DNA of 64,000 nucleotides from Candidatus Binatia bacterium (GTDB taxonomy: Bacteria > Desulfobacterota > Binatia > UBA9968 > JAJDTQ01), in contig OY762897.2 in assembly GCA_963666515.2 (NCBI GenBank), positions 800,001 to 864,000 of the forward strand. The letters run 5' to 3'. Position numbers and translations under genes: made by a program. The notes below the pieces were generated by a model, which searched no databases, was not told the DNA's origin, and saw only the letters and a program-made list of their open reading frames with translations. Shown here in pieces: positions 46,460 through 58,752 of the stretch. Numbering within the stretch: the first letter of the stretch is position 1; every line of letters starts with the position of its first letter.

Positions 46460-49150
46460 TCAGCGTGACGGCACCTCCCCGGGAACGAGACAGGCCAAGT
46501 TCTCGACAACTGGCAACGTGAACGGGAGTTCCAGGGCTTCTATCTGCGACTCGACGTACTGCTTTGCCTTTGTCATCAGATCCGCAACGTCACACGATGG
46601 GTGCACGTCCGCAAACATCGGGCTGCGGGGTTTGTCGGCCAATGGGTTCAGGCGCTGCATCAGTTCCCAGTCACGAACCAGGACCCATTCACCGTCGCCC
46701 TCCAGCCTGGTGGCCACGACGACGGCACGAATGGGGGCCGCCGAGCCGGTGACGCGGTCCTGTACCCTGAACACGAAGATCGGCGCGTCCAGGCCCCGGA
46801 CTGCGCCGAAAGCGCCGTTCAGTTCCACCGCATCGTGAACCGCTCGGTCGACGACCCGCAGTCCGACGCCAGCGACATCTTCCCCGTCCTTCGGTTGTGT
46901 TTCCCGGGCGAAGATAAGGTCGTAGCGATTCACCACGGCGATGGAGAAGTCGTCTCTCCACTCTTCCGGCGGAAGGAAGCTCAGACGCACATCCTCCGGC
47001 TGGTCGGGGCGCCGACCACGGACCGCCAGAATCGCCTTGAAGAACGGCACGAGATCCGGAAGATCCACTAAGGGGATCTGGCCCACTACCGATCCAAAGT
47101 CGAAGCGTGCGACATGGCCGACGAGATGGCGGACTGCCTTCACTGCGTCCTCGCCGCCAAATGTCGCGGTTTCCGTATCGAACCAGTCGTGGAGCGTTTG
47201 CCCACTGAGCGTGGGATCAGCGTAGGCGAACACCTTGGTGAACATGCCCGGCGATGCCATCCCGATCACGAGTTGGCGAATATCCTCGGGGTCGTCCATT
47301 GCCCCCCGAAAAGCCAAGTTGATTCGCTCCAGCTTCTCGTCCAGGAGATCCCAGATCCGGCTCTCCACCGTGTCCGGGTTTCGCACCGTGACTACATCGA
47401 CGGGGTCAGTTTGGCCGTAGCGGCTCAAGCGGCCGACACGTTGATGCAGGCGCATCGGGTTCCACGGCAGATCAACGTGAATCAAGGCGCTACAATGTCC
47501 CTGAAGGTCGACGCCCTCGCCAGCCGCTTCGGTCGAAACAAGGAAGCGCGCGTCCCCCCGGTTGAACCGTGCTGCCGCATCCTGCCGGTCTTCCTTCCAG
47601 CTCGAGATACTGCCAGACGAATCCTGCACATCGTCAAGGGCCCCGTCTCCGTTGATGAACGTCACACATCCGTCGCCGTAGCGCTTGTTCAGCGCGCTCA
47701 TAAGCAGCGCCTGGGTCGCCTTGTACTCTGTGAAGAAGAGCACTGACCTGTCGCGGAACTCTTCGTCGACCAGCGCAAGAATCCGTCCGATTTTCGTCTC
47801 TTCAGTCACCGCGTTTGCGGCCGCCAGCAATTCCTCGAGGGCTGGAATTTCGTTTGGATTGAGATCAACTCCACGCAGACTCTCCGCCACGCGTTCTTCC
47901 AGTTGACTGATCTCGTCCATATTGGCCGGATCGTCCTCAGCCTGCAGCTCTTGCAGTCGTACCAGATCCTCGCGCGAATCCTCCAACTTGGCCTTCGCCT
48001 GCTGCAGCCGGGCAAGTCGTCGAGCGAGGGCTCGTCGCACCGCCGCCACGGAGCTCGACGCCAGCTTCTGCATCGTAATCAGGATTAGAATCACCATGCG
48101 CCGATCCTGGAAACCGAGACCGGCCGCGTATGCTTTTCCGGTCACAATGAACTGAGTAAGCTGCTCGTAGAATCGCGCCTCTTGCGGAGAATATGCGTAC
48201 GTCTCTCGCCGTGACTGCACCGGGGTGAACAGCGGCTTGCCCGACATGTTCGTGACGGATTGCTTGTTGTTGCGGATCATCACGGTCCGGAGTTTTTCGA
48301 CCTGATCCTCAAGAGGCTCCCCGGGATCGAAGTCTTCTGGTCGAAGCAGCTTCAGCAGCGACAAGAATCCCGTGTCCTTGCCCCGATGGGGCGTACCCGT
48401 AAACAGCACCAGGGACTGTACTTTGCCTCGTTCCTGTAAGCGCTCCACCAGTTGATACGACAGCGTGCGGTGACCCTGTTCATCTACGTTCAAGTGGTGG
48501 GCTTCGTCGATGAGCACCAAGTCCCAGGGTTTTGCGTCGAATAGGCGCTCCCAACGATCACCTTTGTCGAGACGCAATGTATGCGCCGAAGCGACTATTC
48601 GGTCTTGGGTATTCCAGAAGTCCGAGGTTTTCGTATCGGCAGCGGGAACGTAGATCGAGACCCGGATGTCAAACATCTCCCGCAAACGCACTTGCCACTG
48701 TTCGACCAAGTTGGCTGGCGCCAGAATAAGCACCCGGCGCACGCGCCCCGCCGACAGGAGTGGCGTGAGGATGAGACCCGCTTCGATGGTCTTGCCAAGT
48801 CCTACATCGTCCGCTACCAGCCATCGCGTAGGCCACGATTCGAGCACGCGCTTGCAGACCCAGAGCTGGTGCGGCAGCAAGGCGATACGGGATCGGGAAA
48901 AGACGCCCCAAGCGTCGTTGACGGAACGAATGCACTCGCCCAGGATTCGCGTGACGACATCCAGAGCGGGGTCGAGATGTCCGGTGGCCACGCGTTCCGC
49001 GATATCCTCCAGCAGTTGGAGGTCGGTGGCCAGGCATTCCTCTATACCGTGCTCAAATCGGACCACAACGCTGTCGCCCTGATCCACGACGACTTGGCCG
49101 GGGCCGAAGCGGGGATGTCGCACTGCGGCCTTCTCGTCAAGTTGTGTCAT
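46460..49150 (-). CDS. SNF2-family (RapA/DrmD-like) helicase
   Basis: LVADDVGLGKT, LIDEAHH, FTGTPH, STEAAGEGVDLQ, DLPWNPMRLHQRVGR; ATG overlaps upstream stop (TGATG). Confidence 0.92.
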   Translation of the reverse strand: MTQLDEKAAVRHPRFGPGQVVVDQGDSVVVRFEHGIEECLATDLQLLEDIAERVATGHLDPALDVVTRILGECIRSVNDAWGVFSRSRIALLPHQLWVCKRVLESWPTRWLVADDVGLGKTIEAGLILTPLLSAGRVRRVLILAPANLVEQWQVRLREMFDIRVSIYVPAADTKTSDFWNTQDRIVASAHTLRLDKGDRWERLFDAKPWDLVLIDEAHHLNVDEQGHRTLSYQLVERLQERGKVQSLVLFTGTPHRGKDTGFLSLLKLLRPEDFDPGEPLEDQVEKLRTVMIRNNKQSVTNMSGKPLFTPVQSRRETYAYSPQEARFYEQLTQFIVTGKAYAAGLGFQDRRMVILILITMQKLASSSVAAVRRALARRLARLQQAKAKLEDSREDLVRLQELQAEDDPANMDEISQLEERVAESLRGVDLNPNEIPALEELLAAANAVTEETKIGRILALVDEEFRDRSVLFFTEYKATQALLMSALNKRYGDGCVTFINGDGALDDVQDSSGSISSWKEDRQDAAARFNRGDARFLVSTEAAGEGVDLQGHCSALIHVDLPWNPMRLHQRVGRLSRYGQTDPVDVVTVRNPDTVESRIWDLLDEKLERINLAFRGAMDDPEDIRQLVIGMASPGMFTKVFAYADPTLSGQTLHDWFDTETATFGGEDAVKAVRHLVGHVARFDFGSVVGQIPLVDLPDLVPFFKAILAVRGRRPDQPEDVRLSFLPPEEWRDDFSIAVVNRYDLIFARETQPKDGEDVAGVGLRVVDRAVHDAVELNGAFGAVRGLDAPIFVFRVQDRVTGSAAPIRAVVVATRLEGDGEWVLVRDWELMQRLNPLADKPRSPMFADVHPSCDVADLMTKAKQYVESQIEALELPFTLPVVENLACLVPGEVPSR

Positions 49151-52100
49151 CACTGCTCCAGGCCGAACCGACGGCGCAGTTCCGCGTTCAAGGCCACGTG
49201 TCGAAGGGGTATGTCGAAAGCACAATGGAGATTTGGGGTTTCCGTCCCCAACTTGGACGCCAGAAAGTTGAATATGGCACGTGCCTTCTCCGGATTGGAA
49301 AGACTTTCTTCCGACCTCAACCCGAGAGGCCTTAGGAAATCCAGGACCTGTTCGGAAGGAACCCAGCAGTACGGGAAGAGATGTTCGCCCGTAACAACTT
49401 CCAGACGCACTAGTTCTCGAAGTACCCAGTGGAGACCCATGTTGAGGGGCGCAGGCGGGGCATCGAAGTGTGTACCCGCGCCCGTGAGCGCTTCGTCGAC
49501 GCGTGGCGCAAGCAAGTGAGTGACTGAAGAAATGCTTTCAGGACGTCGGCCCGCCGATTTGAGCAAGCGAACATATACTGCCCGATACCGACTGAGTTGG
49601 TAGATTGCGGGAAACAGCGACATCCAATGCGGATACGTCAGCTTGGCCAAGGCGGTGTCGTGCCAGTCTCGCAGCACTCCCATCCAGGCATCGGCATCGT
49701 CAGGTGCCCTGAACACGCCCCACCATCCTTTCCTGTGGGCCAGCTCGAGAAAGTTTCGGTGTTGATCGTCATTTGTACGACCAAGGCTTCGGCACGCGCC
49801 TAGCACCAGCAGGGCGAGCCAATCATCTTCAGAATCGGCTTGCAGCCTGCCCGCTAGCCCGTCTCGCCGCAACCACTCGGGCCATACGTGCTTCTCGTAG
49901 GCAGCGATCACTGCCTTGCGCTCAGTGGCATCGTCCCACCATTCCACTAGTTGCCGATAGAATGCCTGAGAATCGAGCCCAACTGGCGCTGGCGGCTCCT
50001 CTGGAACCTGGGACCGGTCGGGAAACAGGGCACCCAGAAGTCTCTGGCGACGCCAAGGTTCCTCGCATAAGTCGCCGAGCATTCCGCGGACATCCTCGTA
50101 GTGCCGAAGCCACGGTGGGCGGGCGTTGAGAGGGACGAGATACGGAAGAACACGCTCTTGCAATTCTCCATCCAACAGATAGCGAACCGCAGCGGGGCGA
50201 AGGCCTGTTTCAAGGTCCATGTACCATTTCGCAATTTCGGCGGCATCAACGCGATGCTGCATCCGAAACCATCGGAATACGCTCCAATCTTCCCTGCATT
50301 CAATGTATGCCGGATCAAGAACCCGGGCGTCGGGAGCGAAGGCAGACCGCAGGAATTCCTCCCAGTGGTCTCCGTCGGCGTCATCCCGCAATACGGAGAC
50401 TTCTCGCAGCAGCAATCTTCGCAGTGGCTGAAGGCTTCCGTCCGCTGCTTGGGCTTGAATCTTGCCTCGCCAAGCTGCGCCGTGCGGATCGTTGGACATC
50501 AGGTTCCAAGCCGGATCTTGAGAAAGAGGGCGAATTGCGTGCAGCCGAGCCGGCGTCAAACGGTAATCCCACCGTCGAGCCAGTTCCGCCAACAGGTCGC
50601 ACGGGCGAAGCGGGGTCGAGCGGATGTGATCGTCCATTCCTGGGAAGTTGCGCAGTGGAAGGAGGAGCCGCTCGGTTTCCTCCGATACGACGAGGTGGCT
50701 TTCCAACAAACGCGCGAAATCTTCATCGTCCACTTCAGCGAGGGCGGCGCATAGCTCCGGGTTGTCCAAACCATCGACTGCGACTTTCCACGACATCCCG
50801 GAATTCAGCGGGGGCAACAGTGGGGAAAATGGCGCCGGAAGTCCGGTTGGCACGACGCCACGGGCGGCCATCCATGCGGATAGCCCGCGACCGTTCCCAT
50901 GCAATCTGCAAAGAAACATCCGGCGTAGCTTGTCGGAGGTCGCCGTGCCGGAAACGAGAGCCTTCCAGAGTGACGGCAGAAAGCTTCGACCGTCAACCCC
51001 AATCATGGGTCCATTGGGTTCATACGCTGCCTGTCGAGTATCGGCCAACACTTCGTGAAGGTTGAGCAGGCCTTCTCCGAGCGCTTCGCCGAGGTCACTG
51101 ACGGCTCGAAGGGTCGTATCGTCATCGAGCGACACATGGGTTCTGCCAGGGTCGAGCTTGAAGGGTCCGTTAACGACGTATCCGCAGCCCCAACTCTCGC
51201 TCGTGGGCGTGACGTTCCAGAGAAACGGCACATCCGGGTTGAAAGCGGTGGGAACGCCATCTCGAAGCCCGATGGCCAACGCTGTGGTACCCATATTGTC
51301 CCGTCCCGCGTCCGCAGGTCGGAAACGAAGGACTCGCCAGCGGCCGGGATGGTTGGGGAAATCGGTCTCGGCACCGATCGACCACCCGGGCGCGCCGTCG
51401 ATCTGCTTTCCGTCGAAGACGTGGGTCCCGGGAAACGGTCCGCCCTCCACAACGACTTCTTGCACCTGCCGTGCGAATACTGGCAACAGGACACGCGCGC
51501 AGGCAAAACGACCGAACATCTCCGAGATCAGCGTGTGTGCTTCGACATCCGAGCGCAGGGGCAGCCGGACGCGCGTTGCTCGACGGCCTTCAACCATCCA
51601 TGAATCCACATTGTCGGCGACGGCCTGTTCCTGCGGCAGTAACCCTCCGGCAATGGAGAAGGCGATGAAGCCGCTGACCACGGACGGAGACGACGAGACG
51701 AGGTGGACGGATTTGAAGCCGAGGCCAAAGCGCCCGGTGGTCGAAGATGAAGAGGACTCTCCAGGAGCCTCGCCGGGTTTGCCGCTCAGATTCATGAGCA
51801 TCATGAAATAGAGGTCCTGATCCCACTGACGCTCTCGCCCGGCGGGGAATACAGCGCCGCCAGAGTCGTTGATCGGACGCCCCCAGTGCATGATGTCCAC
51901 GGTGGGTACGCCGCCATGTTCGTGGATTCGGACAAAGAGACGACGGGTGGCAAGAGGCAGCGGTCCGCCGTTGATCTCGGCGGCCTCTGCAAGCGCGTCG
52001 TCGGCGTTCTGCACGAGTTCCAACAGCACGCTGTCGCGTCCGTAGCCGTAGCGCCGCATCATCTCGTTGACTCGCTTCCAAAGGAATGTCCGATGCTCGG

Positions 52101-55100
52101 GCGCTTCGACGAGGGACGCCAAGTGGTCCAGGGCTTCTCTCTCGATCTTGAGCTTGACCAAGTTGATCGGCTGTGCCTGCTCCCGCTTCCTTTGCGCCTG
52201 CTCGGCCTTCCTGAGGGCGTCCCTGAGCGGTTCGTTGTCCTTGACATCGAGCTGTTGAAGCGTGAGCGGCAGATGCGCCTTGATAGAGGCTAGCACGGGA
52301 GCGAGGTTCGCTTGGGAGGTGGTGCTCCATCGGGACCACCAACGGTTTACCTGCTCGCGGTCCAGCTTAAGGTACCCGCAGGCCCATCTCTCGACGGTGC
52401 CGCCGAGCAGGTGCAAGAGTTCGGACGTGGAGCGGTTCTGCGGCTCGACGTCACGCAGAGTGATCTCCCAGAAGGGGCCAAGCGGCTTGAGCATATACTG
52501 CGAGCGGGGGTACCGAATGGGGTCGATGGCGAACAGCGTGTCGTCGTCGGGTTCGGCTTCCATCTCCAGCTGTGATCCCAGGACATTGACCGCACTCACA
52601 CGGTCACTATGCGCGACCTGTGGTCGGACGAAGACACTGATATCTGCACAGGGATCCTGTCCGCTCGGGCCGACGAATTCGCTACGTATTGCGTCGATGC
52701 TGACGTCTTCGCCAAGCCATTGCTCAGCAAGCGTCGCGATAGTCCCGTGCAGGCCGCTGCCCAGCAAACTGAGGAATGCACCGACAGCGGCGGGCTGGAG
52801 TCGTCCACGCCAAGGCTCGAAGTACTTTTCCAACGTGTCCAGTCCGTAGCCACCCCAGCCGGGTTGGATAAGTTCCGGTCCAGGGCTCCGGTCGTCGCCG
52901 GTAAGTTGGAGAATTGGGCGGAGTTCGGAAACCAGGCGGTGCCGACGCGCGATGCCGGTTTCGGATCGTGCGACGTCGCGGCTCTCATGCCAATTGCCGT
53001 CCTGGGTCGGTAGGTGGATTTTTGGCAGGACATGCGTGAAAAAGTTTTCCGTCTTTGCGAAACAGCCCAAGAGTGTGAGGAACATACGCCCGTCGGAAGA
53101 TCCCTTCGGCGGTCTTTTGTCGGCAAGGCCGGTCAGCATTTGGATCTGACGGTTCGGGGGGATAGGCGCACAGAGTGCTTTTGCCAACCTCAAGAGCAGT
53201 TCCGAATCATCTCCGAGTCCACCGTCACCGTGTCGCAGAACATTCTTGACGAAGTGCACCAGCTTCCATCCGCGATGGCTGCTGGAGAGCGTCGTTTCAA
53301 GTGCGCACTCGAGCAACGGAACGGTGACCAGTTCTGGTTGCGGTAGGACAAGCCACGCGCCGTCATCCACCTGCGCAACCTTGTCGGAATCCAGGGCGTC
53401 GACCATCCGCCGTACTTGGATGTTGCGATTTGGTCGCCCAAGTGCTTCGCGGACCACCGGCTCCGCTACGCGCCAAATCTCTCGCTCGACGATGTCGGGA
53501 AGCCGCTTGTCCTTAAGGGCACCGGCCGCCGCGAGGTCGGCGATGGCATCCAGCACTGCTTGCGGGGCGACGAGCACCGCATCCGGCGCAAGACCCCCGC
53601 CATCGCGACGCGGGAGCCAACATCCGTCCCTCAGTAGTCCACGCAGTACACGGACTTGCGGCAGCGTCATTTGGCCGTCGGCGGGACATACCGCCTGCAC
53701 GATCTGCCTGGCAAAACGCCACGGACGCGAATCCTCCAGCATGAGTCGAAGGACGCCGTCGCGGTCCATGACGGGAAGGGACTCGTAGAGATGGGCAAGC
53801 TGGGGATACGGATCCAGGATGCGCACTTCTGCAGCGAGTTCCGGCGGCAATGGAAATTCGTCCGTCGCCCCCGTCGAACGCCGTGCGAGTTGATCGAACG
53901 CCCCGCGACTTCCGTCAACGCCCCGGTGAAGTGGCATCCTTTGCCAGCGTCGGCGATCCTCCGGTTCAGGGCTGTACAAGCTTCGGAGTAGAAGCAGTGC
54001 CTCCTCGTTGCCAAGCACCGTCCAGTCGACAGGTTGTTCCAGGCAGAGGCAGTCACCGAGAATCCGATGTAGCACTTTGAGGTCGGCCCGACTGACGGAT
54101 AGTGCGTTGGCGAGATCTTGTGAAATCGTATCGACCCACCTGCCTTGAACCGTGCGCCATGACTGGTCCATGAGTCGCAACAGGATGGCCAGTGCTCGCG
54201 CATTGTCGTCGTCGCCGTGGAAAAGCTCGGTATCCTGCCCGACGACATCTACCGCGCGCCCTGCAAGGAGCGCACGTGCGGCCAAACGAACACTGTCGTT
54301 GTCCGTGATGTTCGGCGCGAGCCGATTGAGCAGCCGTGTCCGATGGGCAGGCTCGGCGAACCGTTCGGCTCGAAGCACTGCAGCGGCCAATGCCTCTGGT
54401 GTGGGTGACGGCGCATCGGCGATGGATCCCACCACGTCACCGCTCACGAACCAAGCGGCTTCGTCGAGCGCCTTCGCAAGTTCCATGACGGCCTGCTTCG
54501 GATCGGCGAGTCGTTCCGGCCGGATTCTGTCTGTGCCGTTGGAGTCCGTAAACTCCGAAGCCGGACTGGCGAATACCCGGCGGTTCTCGATTTGGCGGCG
54601 CAACTCGACGATGGACCAAGCTTCCTCCCGATCCTCCGGTAACCTGACCGCCCGCAGCAACGGCACCTTAACCAGATGCTGAACCATGGGGTGGTTATGT
54701 CGTCGTCTGGATAGCAGCGTCTCGGCAAGGACAAGCCGGGAGTGCCGCAATGGCTCCGATTCGCCTTCCACTTCCAAGCGTCGTCCCAAGGTCAACAGCG
54801 CACGATCCAACCGTTCCTGGTCAAGCTGCGGGGCCGTCGGCGACCCCTCTGGACGCCGTCCGAACGGCAGCGGGAACAGCCCTTCGCCTATCATCTCTTC
54901 TGCAGCAAGCTCGACAACGGCCTGTTGGCTTTCCACAGGTGTTTCGACCAGCCACGCCTTCGGCAGCCCGTGGCACAGATCTCGCCACGCCTCCCGCAAC
55001 TCGTCGCGAGATTCTCTCGAGACTGAACGTCGGGTCGTATGGGCAAGCGCGCCGTCGCCGATCTTTCCCGCAAGCCATCGAGCGACTGCGGCGGCGCGTA

Positions 55101-56130
55101 TATCTCCGTCACGGGCGTCCTGACCGATGACATGGAAGACAACTCCCTTGATCCAATGCAGAGATTGCAGAGACCCGAACACGTCGCCCGGAATGCAGTT
55201 CAGGAGGCGTTCGAGCGGGTCGACGGTCCAATCGTCGAGGTCACCTGCGAAACGGGGGACAGCGTCGTCGATGAACACGTCATCGCCCGTGCGTTGGCTG
55301 CAAGGGTCCACGAACTGCCTGCGAACAGCCTCGGGCGCCTGACTCCACTTTGGGATCGACAGAACAGGACGTGCATTCGCGTCAAGCGCTCTCCATCGAA
55401 CCCCGTCGGTCGCAACAACTGGTAGGAGCCAATGTCGTCGGGTGACGAACTCCAAGCGGTTCTTGACCATTTCCGAGCCGATGACCGCCTCTAGCAGCCT
55501 CCGTACTGCGCGCTCGCCGACTCCATCTACCGCATTGGCGAGGGCGCTTGGCAGCAAAGGAAGCAGCAGCTCTTCGCACAGCGTCCTGTTCCAACGAACG
55601 CGCATGTCACGTTCACTTGCGGCATCGCCAATATCGTCGGTGACGCCGGGAATGGACCGGCGGTCCTGGGACGGCCAGAAGTAGCCGCACAGGATGATTT
55701 CCCAGGCAGGCGAGGGACCGTGGCTCTCCACGATCGCACTGGAACTCGGCTCGGGATCGTCGTCCAGCGGCAGGAACACGGCCCAGCGGAGCCGTGTTCC
55801 CGAAAGCTGGTCATCCAAGTCGCTGGGTCGCAGTACGGTAACTGCGGCGTGAGCGAGAGCCTTCCGCGGCACCGGGGAGTAGCGACCGTGTCGCCACTGC
55901 GGGGATTGCGGCCAATCGGGCTGCGACCGGAGTCGAGACAAGCTTTCGTTGCCGCGTACCTCGATTCCTGCGACGGACCAGCTCCGATTGTCGGAGATAA
56001 TTTCGCCCTCGAAGGCCTGGTCCGAGAAATACCCGCGGTCGTCCGTATATCGCCCGACCCATCCCACCGTCTGCCGGGTCACACACACTAGCGAGGCTTC
56101 GCCTCAGACCGACGAGGGGGTAAGGGGATT

Positions 56131-56234
56131 GGCTCCGGTCGCTTGTAGCAGGGATTGAATCCCTGGTCATGGGACCTTGCAAGGTCGGACCTCAAAGGGT
56201 CAAATGGGCATAAAAGCCCGAAGCAACCGGAGCC
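56131..56234 (+). other. Multibranch structured leader (RNA or ssDNA) of the element
   Basis: 14-bp outer stem (one mismatch) 56131-56144/56221-56234 enclosing four small hairpins. Confidence 0.65.
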
Positions 56235-56238
56235 GGAC

Positions 56239-57846
56239 ATGAGCCTACCACAAACCGTAGCGGAAGTATTGCGCGATCACGTGACGCTGGAATACGAGTC
56301 GGTGGATCGCCTGTACTTGAACCTGTATGTGCCGCAGTTGCAGAGCGTGGGCGGGGTAGTGGGGTATCTGCACAAGCACCATGGCCAGCGGTTTGCGTCG
56401 ACGGTGGCGCTGGCGCCCAAGAGTCGGGAGTTCGTGCAGGCGGTGAAGGACTTTGCGGAGCGGGAGCAGATCGAGGTGGTGCACTTCAAGAAGGGCCAGC
56501 GCAAGGACGAGGTGACGCAGGAGTACCTGGGGCGGTTCAAGGGAACCGAAGGGGTTTTGTACATCGGGATAGCGCAGGAGAAGGCCCGTGTGATGCGCAC
56601 CGAGCGGCGCCGGAACCCGGACACCGGGGTCACCTATCCGTGGGTGGTCTCGTCTACCGCGATGGTCAACCATGTGTATTTCTATTGCGTGGACAAACAG
56701 GCGGGGCCGTTCTTCATCAAGTTCTGCACCTACTTCCCGTACAACGGCAAGCTGTGCCTCAACGGCAACGAGTACGCCAAGTGCCAGTTGCGCGAGCGCG
56801 GCATCCCGTTCGAGGCTTTGGACAACGGCGTGCGCTGCTGCGGAGACCCCGAGGCGCTGCAACAGATCTGCGAAGGCTTCGATGCCGCTTTCATCGACAG
56901 ACTGGCGCGCAAGTGGTTCGATCGCCTGCCGCATCCGTATACGCCTCAGGACCGTCGCGCCGGTCTGCGCTACGACATCTCCATCCTGCAAGCGGAGTTC
57001 AGCCTGACCCAGGTGCTCGACCGCCCGGCCTCGGGCCGCGTCTTTTTCGAGGACGTGATCCGCGAGAACCTCGATCTCGGTCGCCCCAGCCAGGTGCAGT
57101 TGATCTTCCAGCGCCGGGTCACCCGGCGCACCCCCGGTCGGTTCCGTACCCGGGTCATCACCGCAGGCGTCACCCCTTCCTTGCACGTGGACTACAAGCA
57201 CTCGCGCATCAAGCAGTACCACAAGGAAGGGCAGGCGCTGCGCACCGAGACCACCGTCAACGACACCTATGACTTCGCCCTGGGCCGGCGGCTGTCTAAC
57301 CTGGCGGCGTTGTGCCAGGTCGGCTTCACAGCCAACCGTCGTCTGTTGCAGATAGAAACCATCAGCCACGACTGTGCCCTGGGTGAAGACGAACTCCAAC
57401 GCCATCAACGCGGCCTGGAGTTCCACGGACAACGCGCCTCGGCCCTGCGCTTCGCCGATGAGCGCGTGCAGGCTCTGATGCAGGCCCTGCTCTTGTTCAC
57501 TCTTTCGGCCCGCGGCTTCTCCAACCGCGACCTGCGCGGGCACCTCGGTGCACTCCTGGGCCTCGATCCCAGTCCAATGCGCCCGGGCCGAATGAGTTAC
57601 GACCTGAGACGCCTGCGCCTGCACGGCCTGATCGAGCGCATCCCCGGCGCCTACCGCTACCACTTGACCGAACACGGCCTCAAGGTGGCGATGTTCTACA
57701 CGCGTGTCTACAACCGCATCCTTCGCCCCGGCCTGGCCCATCTTGCGCCCGACGCCGTGAGCGGCAATACCAAGACCCATCGGCGCTTTGCCGCCATCAC
57801 CAGGAACCTCGATGCCATTTGCGATGAGGCGAAGCTCGTCGCTTAA
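56239..57846 (+). CDS. Putative transposase: Rep-initiator-like domain plus C-terminal winged HTH
   Basis: Only long coding-like ORF in the element; YKHSRIKQYHK..LRTETTVN motif; wHTH-like SYDLRRLRLHGLIERIPGAYRYHLT. Confidence 0.7.
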   Translation: MSLPQTVAEVLRDHVTLEYESVDRLYLNLYVPQLQSVGGVVGYLHKHHGQRFASTVALAPKSREFVQAVKDFAEREQIEVVHFKKGQRKDEVTQEYLGRFKGTEGVLYIGIAQEKARVMRTERRRNPDTGVTYPWVVSSTAMVNHVYFYCVDKQAGPFFIKFCTYFPYNGKLCLNGNEYAKCQLRERGIPFEALDNGVRCCGDPEALQQICEGFDAAFIDRLARKWFDRLPHPYTPQDRRAGLRYDISILQAEFSLTQVLDRPASGRVFFEDVIRENLDLGRPSQVQLIFQRRVTRRTPGRFRTRVITAGVTPSLHVDYKHSRIKQYHKEGQALRTETTVNDTYDFALGRRLSNLAALCQVGFTANRRLLQIETISHDCALGEDELQRHQRGLEFHGQRASALRFADERVQALMQALLLFTLSARGFSNRDLRGHLGALLGLDPSPMRPGRMSYDLRRLRLHGLIERIPGAYRYHLTEHGLKVAMFYTRVYNRILRPGLAHLAPDAVSGNTKTHRRFAAITRNLDAICDEAKLVA

Positions 57847-58752
57847 ACTACCGAGCGTTACAACTCGCGATGGCCTACGATAGTATTCATGTACGAACGA
57901 AGTCCAGTTCAAATATCTTGTCTTCCTGAGTCAAGATCCTGTCGATCAAGGATTCTAGTCTTTCCAGGTTGCGTAGACTCTCCGGCCCTGCTGCACGCTC
58001 TGCTTCGATAGTGTGAAGATGCCCGCACTGCGCCAGCAGCAATGCGGCGGGCGTCGCGCATCTGATCCAGGCGCAGAGATCATCCGTTTGCGGGCAATGT
58101 GTCCCCAACCCGTACTGGTGACCTTCCACACCGCGATCCAGATGTTGGGGAAGTCGCAACGGTACCCACAGCAGGAGGCCGTTGCTCGAATTCCCAATGA
58201 GTTCCGTCGTCACTGACCGCAGCCGCTCGACGTCAATCTCGTGCCAGTCGGGATGCAGGGGATCGGCTTCTCCGCTTTCTCCGGTCCCCGCCCACGGGTT
58301 CAGAACGCCGGCACGCCACTTCCCATCCTGGGCTCCGATGTAGAGAAATGCCTCGCATATATGGAAGACGCTCTTCAACCCAATACCGAAGGTGCCGATC
58401 TTGCCAACCTCGTCCTCCTTGGATCCGCCGACGGCCTTATGCAGCGCCTCACGATCTTGGTCGGGGAACTCCCCGTCGTTCGCAACCAGGAGTGCAGGTC
58501 CGTGGAGCAGACTGTTTCGCGCATCGGTCCAACCGCGCTCCAGCACCGCGAGCTTGAGACGGCGTGCACCTGCGTCGTCGGCATTTTGGACCAGTTCCCG
58601 GAACAGGGCGCGTCCATCCCCGGCATCCTTGTAGACGTCAGCCAGAAGGGTCTGGATTGCCTTGATCTCGTCGAGCGGGCTTCGGACGATGCCGGAGTTT
58701 GGTCGGACATCGACGTCGGGCAGCCGTGCTTGGTCAGACCCGACCGTAGGCA

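Larger units (their letters stand above)
56092..57958 (+). mobile_element. 1867-bp insertion element without terminal inverted repeats, CTAG at both junctions
   Basis: CTAG at 56088-56091 and 57955-57958; excision restores the host reading frame; ends are not inverted repeats; hairpins next to both ends. Confidence 0.88.

Noticed and set aside
56131-56234. Cloverleaf-like structure as a tRNA or tRNA-Sec
   Set aside because: No T-loop GTTC motif, no CCA end, and stem lengths do not fit a tRNA
56088-57958. IS5-type or other classical DDE insertion sequence with CTAG duplication
   Set aside because: No terminal inverted repeats and no recognisable DDE pattern; cannot be fully excluded without a profile search
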